Positions 12,701 through 23,620 of a DNA stretch of 64,000 nucleotides are shown in pieces. Under the pieces are notes generated by a model. It worked only from the letters and a program-made list of their open reading frames with translations. It was not told where the DNA came from and searched no databases. The stretch lies in NCBI GenBank assembly GCA_010909165.1, contig VJWM01000238.1:124001-188000 (forward strand), read 5' to 3'. Origin of the DNA: Anthoceros angustus. Lineage: Eukaryota; Plantae; Anthocerotophyta. Each line of letters starts with the position of its first letter. Position 1 is the first letter of the stretch. Both the position numbers and the translations under genes were made by a program.

Positions 12701-13130
12701 TTATGCTACAAGAGGACAGAGTAGTACCTACCTTTATTTCGATCTTGTTGGCATCGGATGGAGATACACGCAAGAGCTTATCCACATATGTATTCTTCCT
12801 TTCATCATGGATGTCACATGGAGTTGTAAAAATGACATAGCTCTCCAAGATCGAGGCCGAATACAAGTGCCTTACCGATGCGAAAGAAGCCGAGTGGGCG
12901 CTCCTTCTTATCCTCGCACCGTGAATGTATCACCCACAACATCTTGTGACAATCAATGCCTAGCTCTTGTAGACCGCCCTAGGTTTCACGCCAGACGAAA
13001 CATATCGAAATCCAGCATCATTATGTTAGGGATGTCAAGGCTAGGGGATCATACAACCTGTTTACATTCTGCGATGAGAATCGCCGATGTCTGACGAAAT
13101 CACTTCCAAAACACAAGCACCTTACACATA
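6797..13130 (+). pseudogene. Copia A gag-pol polyprotein (frameshifted)
   Basis: Zinc knuckle CNWCGSPGHWAREC; protease WYLDSGAT; WHARLGH and CEVC; integrase LELVHADI and RKLDNRS; RT QMDVKTAFLHG and YVDD; degraded RNase H at ~12750-13100. Confidence 0.92.
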
Positions 13131-13199
13131 TGGATGGCTTGGGCGATAGATTTCACTAAGTACCTTCGCCGCTTAGCTTAACTTACAAAACGAGCGAAG

Positions 13200-13879
13200 C
13201 CGGTCTAGAGCATCACCTCCTGCTCTCTACCTACTGTAGCTGGTCCTAGCTTGATTCGCCTTGAACCCCTGCATGCACACATACACATAGGTATTCAGGC
13301 CTGCAATCTCAGTGGATGAAGCCTCACTTCTAATCAAACCGTGACTTGCATGTCAAATGTCTTACCTTGGTGGGAGTCTAACAATCATGCCTTGTCGGCC
13401 CTTCTCTTCAGTCTTTTGCGCTCACCTTTTCATGTTGTAGCCTCTATCCGCGAGCCGTCCTACCATTTCCTCCACTTACGCCTTGGTCAGTCACAGCGCC
13501 TTCCTGCTTCCGTGGCATGCATGAGAGCTGAGCTTGTAACATGCTAGCCCTCTTCACAGCTATCTCCAGTCGCTCTGTGTCCCGTCCTTCTCGGCGTTCT
13601 CAAGATGCCACGACTTGTCTGCCCCGCCGTTGTTGGCCACCATTTCTTCGCCAAGAGCATCCCTCGGTTTGCGGCATACCGCCCACCTCGCACCTTGTCC
13701 TCGTGACTGGTCGAGCTCCTCTGGCTGGAGGTCTCGTGGTTGCGACTCCTAACCATGTTTATCAGCACTGAAGCTAAGATGATTGTGTAGCCAGCTACCG
13801 TGAAGACGAGCATCCAGCAAAACGCAGTGACTACGAAGTCAGTCTCCAGCTGAGCCGCTTCGAGCTGATCCGCCGTCAT
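13200..13879 (-). CDS. Antisense ORF between RNase H and the 3' LTR of Copia A, with an N-terminal transmembrane helix (open part 13544-13879, probably extends to ~13200)
   Basis: ATG at 13879, 54 nt from the LTR. Hydrophobic stretch FVVTAFCWMLVFTVAGYTIILASVLINMV. Downstream motifs are shared with the Copia B antisense ORF. Confidence 0.55.
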
Positions 13880-13932
13880 CGTTTTTAGGGCTAGCAGAGT
13901 TTTTATTTTAACCCCTTGTGGTTAAGTGGGAG

Positions 13933-14105
13933 TGTTGGATATATAACCAGCAGGGGTTAATATGATGACCTAGTTATTTAGGGTTACGAGACTTTATTTT
14001 GTATATAATACTTTTGCCCTTTGTTGAATACACATCGCCTTTGTTTATTGCTCGCTTACCTTTGCATGCTCACTTGCTTAGCTAGATGCAAGAGGTATTT
14101 GCACA
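13933..14105 (+). repeat. 3' LTR of Copia A
   Basis: Matches 5550-5722; preceded by purine tract AAGTGGGAG and followed by the TSD GTGAG. Confidence 0.95.
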
Positions 14106-14299
14106 GTGAGATGGAGGTCTTGTGGGAGGACCTGTCAGATCAGCGGCGAGGCAGGAGGGCTCGCGGCGATGGTGGCGGAGGACGAAGGGCCAGGCGGCCA
14201 AGTCGGGGAAGGGCGCGTAGATAACGTAGGCAAATAGGTGATAGCATCCTAGGAAGGGAATTGGATTGGGGATGCCACACTGGACCTAAGATCGCTCGG

Positions 14300-15082
14300 A
14301 ATTGTAGGCGCGTCTTTTTGCGATAGCTGTTTTTAGAACCCGAAAACCTAGGGGCTATGATGCCCCCCCAGCTGATGTACAAAAGGGGCAAATTGTGCCC
14401 ACCACGGCAGATAATTTCCGGTTGAGATCCCCACGCTGCCTGTGGCCGGTTGGAGACGTCCGATTGACAGAGGCGGGGTGCGCGAGACGCTCCTGGGGGT
14501 GGTCGAGAGCTTGCTCCGCAACTGAGGGAGGGAGGGTGATAGAGCAATCCCGCTGACAAAGGAGGAGGAAATCAAGGGATTGGCGCGGGGCGGGTCTGGA
14601 GCTTGCTTGTAATGTCTGCTGTGACGCCCGAGGGTTCTTCTTTCCTTCACCTTTGATCCTGATAGTTGTGTTCCGAAATCAGAAGAGTGTTGAGTGGATG
14701 GTTGGAAATTTGTGTGTGCATCGAGGAAGAGAAAGAGAGAGAGAGAGAGAAGAGATCGGGCGAGGGAGAGGTCGAGCACTATACGCGATGCGAGGTGTGA
14801 GATCGAAAGTGGAGTAAGGAGGAGAACGAATTGTGAAAGTGACAGTGGGAAATTGATGTGAGTGGCTTGTGAAACTCAAATCGGTGCTGGCAGAGGAAAG
14901 TGCACAAGGGAAACAGCGTTCCTGATGGAAATCGTGTGGCGTGGCGCCTTTTTGTGTGTGGGTGTGTAGGCAGAGCGGGTGTGAGGTGTTCTAGGAACTC
15001 CCGTTCCTAGAAATCGGTGTGAGCATGAAGTGTGAAGTGTAGAATAAAACCTGATCCGGAAGCAGGGGTCGCGGCCCGTGAC
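14300..15082 (-). mobile_element. Possible Gypsy LTR-like segment; left boundary uncertain
   Basis: The minus strand begins TGTCACGGG at 15082 and has a CT-rich tract. No partner LTR or clear PBS was found. Confidence 0.3.
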
Positions 15083-15581
15083 AGGCATCCGCGGCGCCGT
15101 GCGCCCGAAATAAGTTGCTAGGGTTTGGTGTGGGACCCACCTCGGTAGTCGTAGCACTACCCGATAGTGGTGAGAACCGCCGCGGCAGTAGGTCGCGGAG
15201 TGGGGTTAGCGGTCGTGGAATAAGATCTGGGGTAGTAGTAGTTGAGAGGGTAGGAAGAGTAGCGATAGCAGGTGCAGTCCCAACTTGGGCAAAGGTCAGT
15301 AGTGATAGAAGTTAGGGTCTCTTGGCACAAACCATTCCCTTGGGAGCGAATCCCAGGACTACAACGACATTGAGGGTGAATGTGGACCTCACGGTGTCCC
15401 CAGACACAAATTCACACTCCACACCGTGCCCCGCTGTGCCCGGGCTGCGCCGCGACCAACCAAGGCAAGCGCCGCGACGCAAAGGACGCCCCTAGGGCCG
15501 TGAGGGGAGCCCCAACTCACGCCTGCATTAGTTTGGGTCACCAAATCACGCAGTCAAGACCCAACCACTACGCTCCACTAC

Positions 15582-15960
15582 CCTACACAAGGATTGAACA
15601 AATATGGGAACAATATGGAGAAAGTGCTTTTCGGGGTAACAGCGAGGATGAAAGACATAAATTGTACATTGAACTACCATGGTGTATTGCTATATTTGAA
15701 CATCATAATCAAGATCATTGAATTTGGCATTGCCTTATGGTAAATGTGGCCATCCTATGTAGTGAGTAGACCCATGGTGGATGTGGCCATCTCATATAGT
15801 GAGTAGACCCATGGTAAATGTGGCCATCCCATGTAGTCAGTAGACCCATGGTGGATATGGCCATCCCGAAGGAGATACATATTTATAATTTTAATATAAA
15901 TGTTTAATAATAATATTGAATAATATTTGATTTCATTAATATTAATTAAATAATATCATA
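15582..15960 (+). repeat. 5'-truncated copy of the RING cassette 3' end (ORF tail, 37-bp minisatellite, AT tract)
   Basis: Aligns with 18422-18968 (offset 2840), starting at the shared CCTACACAAGGATTGAAC. Confidence 0.9.
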
Positions 15961-16170
15961 TAGTCATTCATAAAAGTTTTCTTGTCTAAATATTTTGCCG
16001 GTTAACTTTGACTGAGTTTTTAATAAAAATAATCTATATTTTTTTATTTTATAAAATTATCCAAAACAACTTGAAAACAAGAGGAACTTAGTTCTATTGA
16101 TTTTAATCAATTATAAGTTTCAATATTTTTTATTGAGGAAAAAAATGATGGGGAAATACCCATCCAGCAC

Positions 16171-17200
16171 GGGACAACAAAGGTGGACCCCGGGGTCAAG
16201 GTGAAAAGGAACGACTAAACAAATCTAGCAGGGGACAACGAAGGTGGACCCCGGGGGTCAAGGTGAAAAGGAGTGACTAAGCAAATTGTAAAAATGAAGT
16301 CCGAGCCTGATGATGATTTTGATGGGAAGCATGGGCTTCATGGTGCTCAATTAGAAGACAATGTGGTCATTAGCTTTTACAAAAAAACTTTGTGGCAGCT
16401 AGTGCCAAAAGTGGAGTGTGTGTTATGCCATGAGCTGACAAGACTGATTGGACACATGACCAGTAAAGTGAGCGAAACATAACGCTGACACATGGCATAA
16501 AAAGCCATGTGTCATGGATGGTGAATGAGCCCACGAGGGCATGTATGTATGTATGTTTAATCATGCATGAGGATGGATGACATGTGAGATAGTATGTAGA
16601 GATAGGATGTGCCATAACATGCATGATCCATGTTTGTCTCTTTGATGCATGTGAGGAATGATGGAATGGTACATGAGGATGCGGATAGATTGTTTATAAA
16701 CTCCTAAAAACTAGAATACCTGTAAGCATGACCAAAGGCCAAGGACTTAGGTAATTACTTTCAATTGGCATTATTGCCAAAGGCCAAGGACATAATAGCT
16801 ATATTACCTAGGCGCGCTCCTTATTCCCTTTGTTCATCTGGAAGAAGAGTCGCACAACAGCGGAAGATGGCAGGAGCCAGAGACTATATATGTAGCTCAA
16901 TATTCCAAGCTAAGTGGATTTTGTTGATGTTTGTCTAGTAAAGAGCCAGCCATACTTCGTCCCTACGCCAGAGACTATATATGTAGCTCAATACTCCAAG
17001 CTAAGTGGATTTTGTTGATGTTTGTCTAGTAAAGAGCCAGCCATACTTCGTCCCTACACTGATTCTCTGTCTTCTTTGCAACTCTCTGGGATCGCATTCT
17101 GGTGCACAAGTCTTGGATTTGTGTGACTTTTTTTGTTCACGCGCTCTAGGCCTTTTTTGTTCGCGCGCTCTAGGCCTTTTTTGTTCGCGCGCTCTAGGCC
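16171..17200. repeat. Short tandem repeats: 2 x ~60 bp (16171-16286), 2 x 91 bp (16876-17057), 3 x 24 bp (17129-17200)
   Basis: Direct repeats read from the sequence, e.g. TTTTTTGTTCGCGCGCTCTAGGCC x3. Confidence 0.9.
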
Positions 17201-17630
17201 TATAGCTTAGTGGCCTGGTCATCTCATTTTTTGACACTTGATGCTTTAGCTCACTGCTAGACTTGTGCATATGAGCATGGCAGCTCTGCTGCTTGGCAGC
17301 ACGACATCTCCTTTGTCTTGTTTGTCCCCAACTTTTGGCAAAGGGGTTGTTCATGGGTCCTGGTCGTTTGTTTAGATCTTGTAAGGATTCATTTCTAGAT
17401 TACCTGTTTAAGTTAATTTCTAGAGTAGCTTGAACTCATGAATCTTAGAGCTTCATTCATAATGTCAACCTATGGACTTATTTCTAGCCATGAATAGCTA
17501 TGCCGCTTCACAAAGCGACAGCTATCATAGCATGAGCTGATAAGGACAAGATATCTAGCAAATAGATATAACGTCTAGCAGCCTCCTGTTGTCGAGATAT
17601 AGCAAGCACATCAGGGGATAAGAGGGCACT

Positions 17631-17947
17631 TTAAACTTTGAGAACCTTCTATATTATGATAGCTTCGTAATAAAGTAATTCAATCCCTATATTTTAAACT
17701 TTGAGAACCTTCTATATTATGATAGCTTCCTAATAAGGCAACTCAATCCCTATATTTTAAACTTTGAGAACCTTTTATATTATGATAGCTTCCTAATTAG
17801 GGTAGCTCAATCCCCATATTCTAAACTTTGAGAACTTCCTATATTATGATAGCTTCCTATTTAGGGCAGCACAATCCCTACATTTTAAACTTTGACAACC
17901 TTCTATATTATGATAGCTTCCTAATTAGGGTAGCTCAATCCCTATAT
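17631..17947. repeat. Tandem array, 5 x 63-64 bp
   Basis: AAACTTTGA recurs at 17633, 17696, 17759, 17823 and 17887. Confidence 0.95.
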
Positions 17948-18072
17948 AAAACGACATGATATGTAGCATAAAATAAGGTTATGAGTTACTTATCATAAGA
18001 TTTATTGTCGTACTTCTATTACTATTGATTTTAAAACTTGTATCCATAGTATATACAAATATTCATAATACT

Positions 18073-18561
18073 ATGGACATAAGTTTGATTTACGATTTGC
18101 TCACATATTTTTATGAACATAAAGAAAATGATTCCGAAGTGACTTGTGCAATATGCAAGGATTCTTTTGAGGCGGGCCAAGAAATTACTAAAATCAACGT
18201 ATGTGCTCATGAGTATCATAAAATATGTTTATATGCATGGTTGGATTTGAGTGCATATCCAATTGCAACTACATGCCCAATATGTAGGCGTGGCATACAC
18301 TATAAAGAAAACAATATGGAGAATAGTTTGCCATCTCAAGACCAAACTGGTTTGCTATCCGAAGGGGATAATCAGTTGATACAAAATATTGTGAGTGGGA
18401 GAATGCAGATGGATAGAATGTCCTACACAAGGATTGAACGAATCTTGGAACAATATGGAGAAAGTGCTATGCAGGGTAACAGCGAAGATGAAAGACATGA
18501 TTTGTATATTGAATTGCGTTGGTGTATTGCTATATTCGAACATTTTAATCCATATCACTGA
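18073..18561 (+). CDS. Intronless, AT-rich RING-H2 zinc-finger protein (162 aa), putative E3 ubiquitin ligase
   Basis: CAICKDSFEAGQEITKINVCAHEYHKICLYAWLDLSAYPIATTCPICR gives the C3H2C3 ligand pattern. The ORF is uninterrupted. Confidence 0.8.
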   Translation: MDISLIYDLLTYFYEHKENDSEVTCAICKDSFEAGQEITKINVCAHEYHKICLYAWLDLSAYPIATTCPICRRGIHYKENNMENSLPSQDQTGLLSEGDNQLIQNIVSGRMQMDRMSYTRIERILEQYGESAMQGNSEDERHDLYIELRWCIAIFEHFNPYH

Positions 18562-18574
18562 ATCTGGCACCGCC

Positions 18575-18868
18575 CTATGGTAAATGTGGCCATCCCATGT
18601 AGTAAGTAGACCCATGGTGGATGTGGCCATCCCATGTAGTGAGAAGACCCATGGTGGATGTGGTCATCCCATGTAGTGAGTAGACCCCATGGTGGATGTG
18701 GCGATCCCATGTAGTGAGTAGACCCATGGTGGATGTGGCCATCCCATGTAGTGAGTAGACCCTTGGTGGATGTAGCCATCCCATCTAGTGAGCAGACCCA
18801 TGGTGGATATGGCCATCCCATGTAGTGAGTAGAACCATGATATATGTAGCCATTCCATGTAGTGAGTA
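18575..18868. repeat. 37-bp minisatellite, ~8 copies (~3.5 more copies at 15735-15867)
   Basis: Unit CATGTAGTGAGTAGACCCATGGTGGATGTGGCCATCC with period 37. Confidence 0.95.
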
Positions 18869-19178
18869 AATATGTAGATATAAATTTAAATTTATAATTT
18901 TAATATAAAATTTTAAAACAATATTGAAATATATAGATTTTTAATAATATTAATTAATTAATATTATAAACCGCCGGACTCCTTACGCCGAAAGTCAGAC
19001 GAACGGGAGCTCTTCTTATCTCGTCTCTTGTCCCACCACATAGCAGGGTCCAGAACAAATTGTTGCCACAAGAGCTTTTGCTCCTGGCAACGACCATAGT
19101 TGGAAAACCCGTCCCTACCCACACAGGTGACGTCTCTGTAATAATGGGTTGATGGATGCAGGCAGGCGCCGTAAATGC

Positions 19179-19230
19179 TAACCCTGAGCCCTGAGCCCTG
19201 AGCGATGAGCCCTAAACCCTAAACCCTAAA
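19179..19230. repeat. Interstitial telomere-like heptamers (CCCTGAG)3 followed by (CCCTAAA)3
   Basis: Read directly; CCCTAAA is the land-plant telomere repeat. Confidence 0.8.
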
Positions 19231-19339
19231 CTTTAAGCACCTCGTCTTGTTCCTGGCTTTGATAGCCAGCGCAAGGTTTCCTCTTCAGAGCAGCTGTTAC
19301 AAACCCTTGCGTTTCCCAGCAATCGTTTTGTCATGGCTT

Positions 19340-22300
19340 TCACCTGGCTAAGTGAGTTTGAGGATACCCGTCTTCACTTTGCCAGCCAGCCTCATGCAAC
19401 GCTAGCCTTAGATCGTTCAACAGTGTGTATACTCCTTGCTGACATCTCCGGTCTTCCACCAGAAACGTGTGCACCTTCTCTCCGTGTTCTATCCAGCTCC
19501 GACCAGGCTTCTTCCATGCACCTGCTCGTAATCTCAACTCATCCACTTCCTTGATGCAGTCCCACATGCCTGCCTGAGCATACAAGGTTCCCATGAGCAC
19601 ATAGGCGGAAGGGTGTTGTGGTTCCAGAGCCCTTGCGCAATCGAACATACACCTTCCCAGCAGCACATTGTTATGTTTCCGGCAAGCACCCAACAGCGAC
19701 AGCCAGACATGTAAGGTAGCAGCCAACGGCATGGTCGAGATCAAGGCTTCTGCCTTCTTCAGGAGTCCAGCACGGCCGAGCAAATCAATCAGACAGACAT
19801 AGTGCTCCACTTCTGCAGTGATGCCATTATCTTTGCTCATGCTTTCGAAGCACTCCAGGCCTTCATCCACCATGCCTGCATGACTGCATGCCGACAGGAC
19901 TGCCAGAAATGTGACTCTGCTTGGCTTCACATCTGCCGCACACATTTCGTGATACCGCTGCACACAAGTCTTGTAGTCTCCTTGTCTAGCGTACCCAGCC
20001 ATAAGTGCGTTCCAAGATACGACATCAGGCTCCGGCAGAGAGTCGAACGTGTTTTGGGCATCGACCATGCTCCCACATTTACCATATGCATGGATCAGAC
20101 TGTTTGCCACAGGAAGACTGCACTCGAAGCCATCCACAATGTGTTGATGGATGTGCAGACACGTCTCCAGGGCTCCTGTGTTGCTGCAGGCCTCAAGACA
20201 CACAGAAACGTGGCCTGGTTGGATGGTATCCCTTCTCCTAACATCAACTCCAAGATTTGCAGGGCCTTCTCCCCTTGGTCCTGCTGGGCATAAGCTGCGA
20301 TCATTGCATTCCATGTGACAACATCACGATTGAATAGTTGGTCGAACACCCTTCTCGCATCCATGAGGCTGCCACACCTTGCATACATGCTCACCAAAGC
20401 ATTGCCTACAAACACGTCTGATTCAAATCCCCTCGAGGCAGCTTCGCTGTGAATTTCCTTCCCTTCCGCCACGACTCCACTTTTACAGTTTGCCCATGGA
20501 CAAGGGTGACTTCCTCCTTTTCAGCAAGGGAGGCACATGCTTGGAGTGCACTGGCAAATGTCCAAGCATCTGGTCTGATGCCTTCTCCCGCATTTCAGAA
20601 TAGAGATGCAAAGCGAGGTAGCCTTGCTCCTGCTGAGCGTGCGCTGCGATCATAGTATTCCATGATACTACATCTCGGTGACGAAGTCCAGCAAACACCT
20701 CCTGTGCATCCCTGAGGCTTCCACATTTTGAATACATGCTCATCAGAGTGTTTGCTACATAAGTATTCGATATCAAGCCCCTTGCAGCAGCTTCCGCATG
20801 TATGTCACGTCCCTCTTGCAGTGACATCACCATGACATTTTGCCCGTGGATCAAACAACTTTCCTCCTTTTCAGCAAGGGTGCCACATGCTTGGAGAGCG
20901 CTGGCAAAGGTCCAAGTATCTGGTCGATGCCTTCCGCCTGCATTCTCTCGTAAAGCTCTAGTGACTTTCCTCCTTGGTCGTGCTGAGCATATGCTGTAAT
21001 CACTGCAGTCCACAATACCAAGTTCCGGTTGGAGATTCTATCAAAAACTTGCTCCGCATCCCTGAGGCTGCCACACTTTGCATACATACTAACCAATGCA
21101 CTACCCACAAACAATGATGAGTCGAGTGCCCTCTCAATAATCTCAGCGTGTATTTCCTCCTTCTGTAGGGACGCCAATCTAAATTTATGTCCCTGGACAG
21201 CTATGCTCTCCTCCTGCTCTGCAAGAATTGCACATGCTTGGAGAGCACCAACAAATGACCGATCATTTGTCCTGATCCCTTCTCTTTGCATTCTACAAAA
21301 GATCTGTAATGCCTTGCCACCTTGTCCCTGCTGGACATATGCAGAAATCATTGCATTCCATGGGACCGCATCCTGCTGGGACATTGTCCCCAACACCTGC
21401 TCTGCATCGACAATGCTCCCACATCTTGCATACATGGTAACCAACGTGCTACCAACAAAAACGTCCTTCTCAAAACCGCACAGAGAAGCTTCATAATATA
21501 ATTTCTTGCCTGTTTGCAACGATGCCAGTTTCACAATTTGGCCCTCCAGAAATGTACTTGGCTCTTTCTCTGCAAGGATAGCACATGCCTGGAGAACACT
21601 AACAAAAGTTCTATCATCTGGTATAACTCCTTCGTCTTCCATTTCAGCATAAATCTGCAAGGCCTCACGTCCTTTATCCTGCTGGGCATATGCTGTAATA
21701 AGGGCATTCCATGACACGACATCACGCTGAGAGAGTCTGGCAAACACCAGCTGGGCATCTGAGATGCTACCGCATTTAGCATACATACTAACCAGAGTAT
21801 TGCCAAGGAAAACATCTGATTCGAACCCATACTTGCCCACATCAGCATGAATCCGCTTTCCCTCCTGCAGGTCCTCCAGCCTGCTGCATGCCTTCAGCAA
21901 ACTGACAAGCGTATATTTGTCAGGCTGCACACCTGCGACTTGCATCCGCTCATAGCATGAAATAGCCTCTCGACACTGTCCAGAGTTTCTATACCCAGAG
22001 ATGATGGCTGTCCATGAGAAGACAGTTCGGTGCTGCAATCTTCCAAACAGCTGCAGCCCATCCGGCAAGCTTCCACAATTGACATGTGCCGTAACCAGGA
22101 GCTCGCCCAAATTCCTGTTCAGATACAACCCATGTTTTGCCAAAAAAGCATGCACTTTCTTGGCATAGACTGGGGCCTTCTTCTTCATGCAAGCCTGCAA
22201 TAACTTCTTACACGTCTGCACAGAAGGCACAGTCCCCTCCTGATCCATGTGCACAAGGGCCTCCAGAGCCTTGTCCACCTGCACATCCTTGCACAATCTC

Positions 22301-22353
22301 TCCACCGTCAAGGCACTTCCTTGAGTAACCTGCACCCTGCAAGGCCGTAGCAT
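19340..22353 (-). CDS. PLS-class PPR protein with E/E+ domain and no DYW (organellar RNA-editing factor type); about 4 apparent frameshifts
   Basis: Repeated ..MYAKCGS..DA..VF.....RDVVSWNA motifs; E domain LSACSHAGMVDEG, EHYVCLIDLLGRAG, KKPGRSWIE. Frame breaks near 20925, 20585, 20460 and 20193. The N-terminus may extend to ~22550. Confidence 0.88.
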
Positions 22354-23223
22354 TAGACGAAAGCACTTCGGTTCCCTACTTGAGCTCGTCTGCTATGCCA
22401 TCAGAGTGGAGATGCCTCTCATGGGCGGCAGTCAAAGCACGTACACATCTATGCCGGCCCGTCATCCCATCTGACAGTGGACTGCCCACCATCGTCGGAC
22501 GTGGTGAAGCGTTCCACAACTTATTCAGCCGCCGAAGGTCCATCGACATGACGTCAGGGTGGCATAGACATGGCTGCAGGCAAAAAGGCCCAGCCCTCAG
22601 AGCCAGGACTGATCCGCCTGGTTAATGACCCACCAAAACTCAGGAAACGACCCATTCCCACACACCATGCTCAGCCAGTAATGTGGCACTGACCCACCAT
22701 GAGCCAAACCAAAGCGGGCGTGCCACTTCTTAAAGCCTGCATGGAAGAGAAGTCCATGTCCCTCTTCCTCCGACATCCCGTCAGGGCCCAAACTCCCTAC
22801 AGGACACTCCAAAAGGCATAAGCACTTGAGGTCCACACCTTCCCAAAGCACATGCAACCACCACACGACCCAGAAACAATGTCCATCCGTACCTGCAGAG
22901 GAAGCTGCGAGTGTGGCAACAGCCCGCTTCGGAGGGAACCAGCTACCACACCCGAATTCTCCATGACCCCAGGAAAGGCAAGCACCTGCCCTGAAAATGG
23001 CCGAAATCCGAACTCCCAAAGTCGTTGAGCTCAAATGCGCTCCCACCAGTACCACAGCACATCACACCAGCACACACACCATCACCGCCCAGATCCGACA
23101 TGGTCTGCGGGAGACTGAGGACGAGACGGGAATCACGGCCGGGGCAATGGAACCATAAAACAACCCGACGCACCCGGGATCATGCCGTGGGCGCCAGTGT
23201 TCCAACTTCCCGCCTCTGCCAGA

Positions 23224-23231
23224 TTTCCCGC
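23224..23231 (+). promoter_or_regulatory. Candidate E2F site (TTTCCCGC) upstream of RNR1
   Basis: Exact TTTSSCGC match ~390 bp upstream of the ATG, with near-match CTTCCCGC at 23206. Plant RNR genes are known E2F targets. Confidence 0.5.
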
Positions 23232-23620
23232 CACACCAAGTCGAACTTGGGGCTTCCTGGCGGCAGGACTAACTGCCACCAGAATCCCGCTCTCCGGGTA
23301 ATGGAAGCCAAAGACCTGTTGCAGTGCAGCAGGCATCCTTAGCGCCGCCCCGGGTTCACGGCGGACCCCTCGCGCCGCCGGGGAAGCTTCAGCCCGGGTG
23401 CAGCCGAGCAGCAGGCGCTATAGCTCCTGCCTAAATGCTTCAAATGTGCCCTGGGATCACGGGCAGCCCTAGCCCGGGCACAGCCGCGAGCGCGGCAGCA
23501 CTGGAGGGTACAAATGCGGGCGGATTGCACTGCTGGAGCTGGCCTTCGTGCTTTCACGACCCAGCCTCTGGTTCTGCTTCTACGCAGAGTGCTCGTGGGT
23601 GTTTAGTGAATTCCGTCAAT

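Larger units (their letters stand above)
5550..14105 (+). mobile_element. Full-length Ty1/Copia LTR retrotransposon (Copia A, 8.56 kb) with a ~2.2-kb internal tandem duplication
   Basis: LTRs at 5550-5722 and 13933-14105 (TG..CA, identical by eye). TSD GTGAG at 5545-5549 and 14106-14110. PBS TGGTACCATAGC at 5723; PPT before 13933. Domain order gag-PR-IN-RT-RH. Confidence 0.97.

Noticed and set aside
15564-15574. CACTA-like terminus ACCACTACGCT (also at 33102-33112)
   Set aside because: No matching inverted terminus, 3-bp TSD or CACTA transposase was found.
18073-18561. Viral (NCLDV or baculovirus-like) origin of the RING gene, given AT richness and upstream ATAAG motifs
   Set aside because: No other viral genes are nearby and ATAAG is expected by chance in AT-rich DNA. 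This cannot be supported without a phylogeny.
17631-18868. CRISPR-like appearance of the 63-bp and 37-bp arrays
   Set aside because: The units are contiguous with no unique spacers, there are no cas genes, and the context is eukaryotic. They are minisatellites.
15582-18968. Hammerhead ribozyme in the partial-tandem units (also checked 58173-61296)
   Set aside because: No CTGA.GA...GAAA core with pairing stems was seen by eye.
19340-19480. DYW deaminase domain on the PPR
   Set aside because: The protein ends shortly after E+ with no HxE/CxxC or DYW motif.
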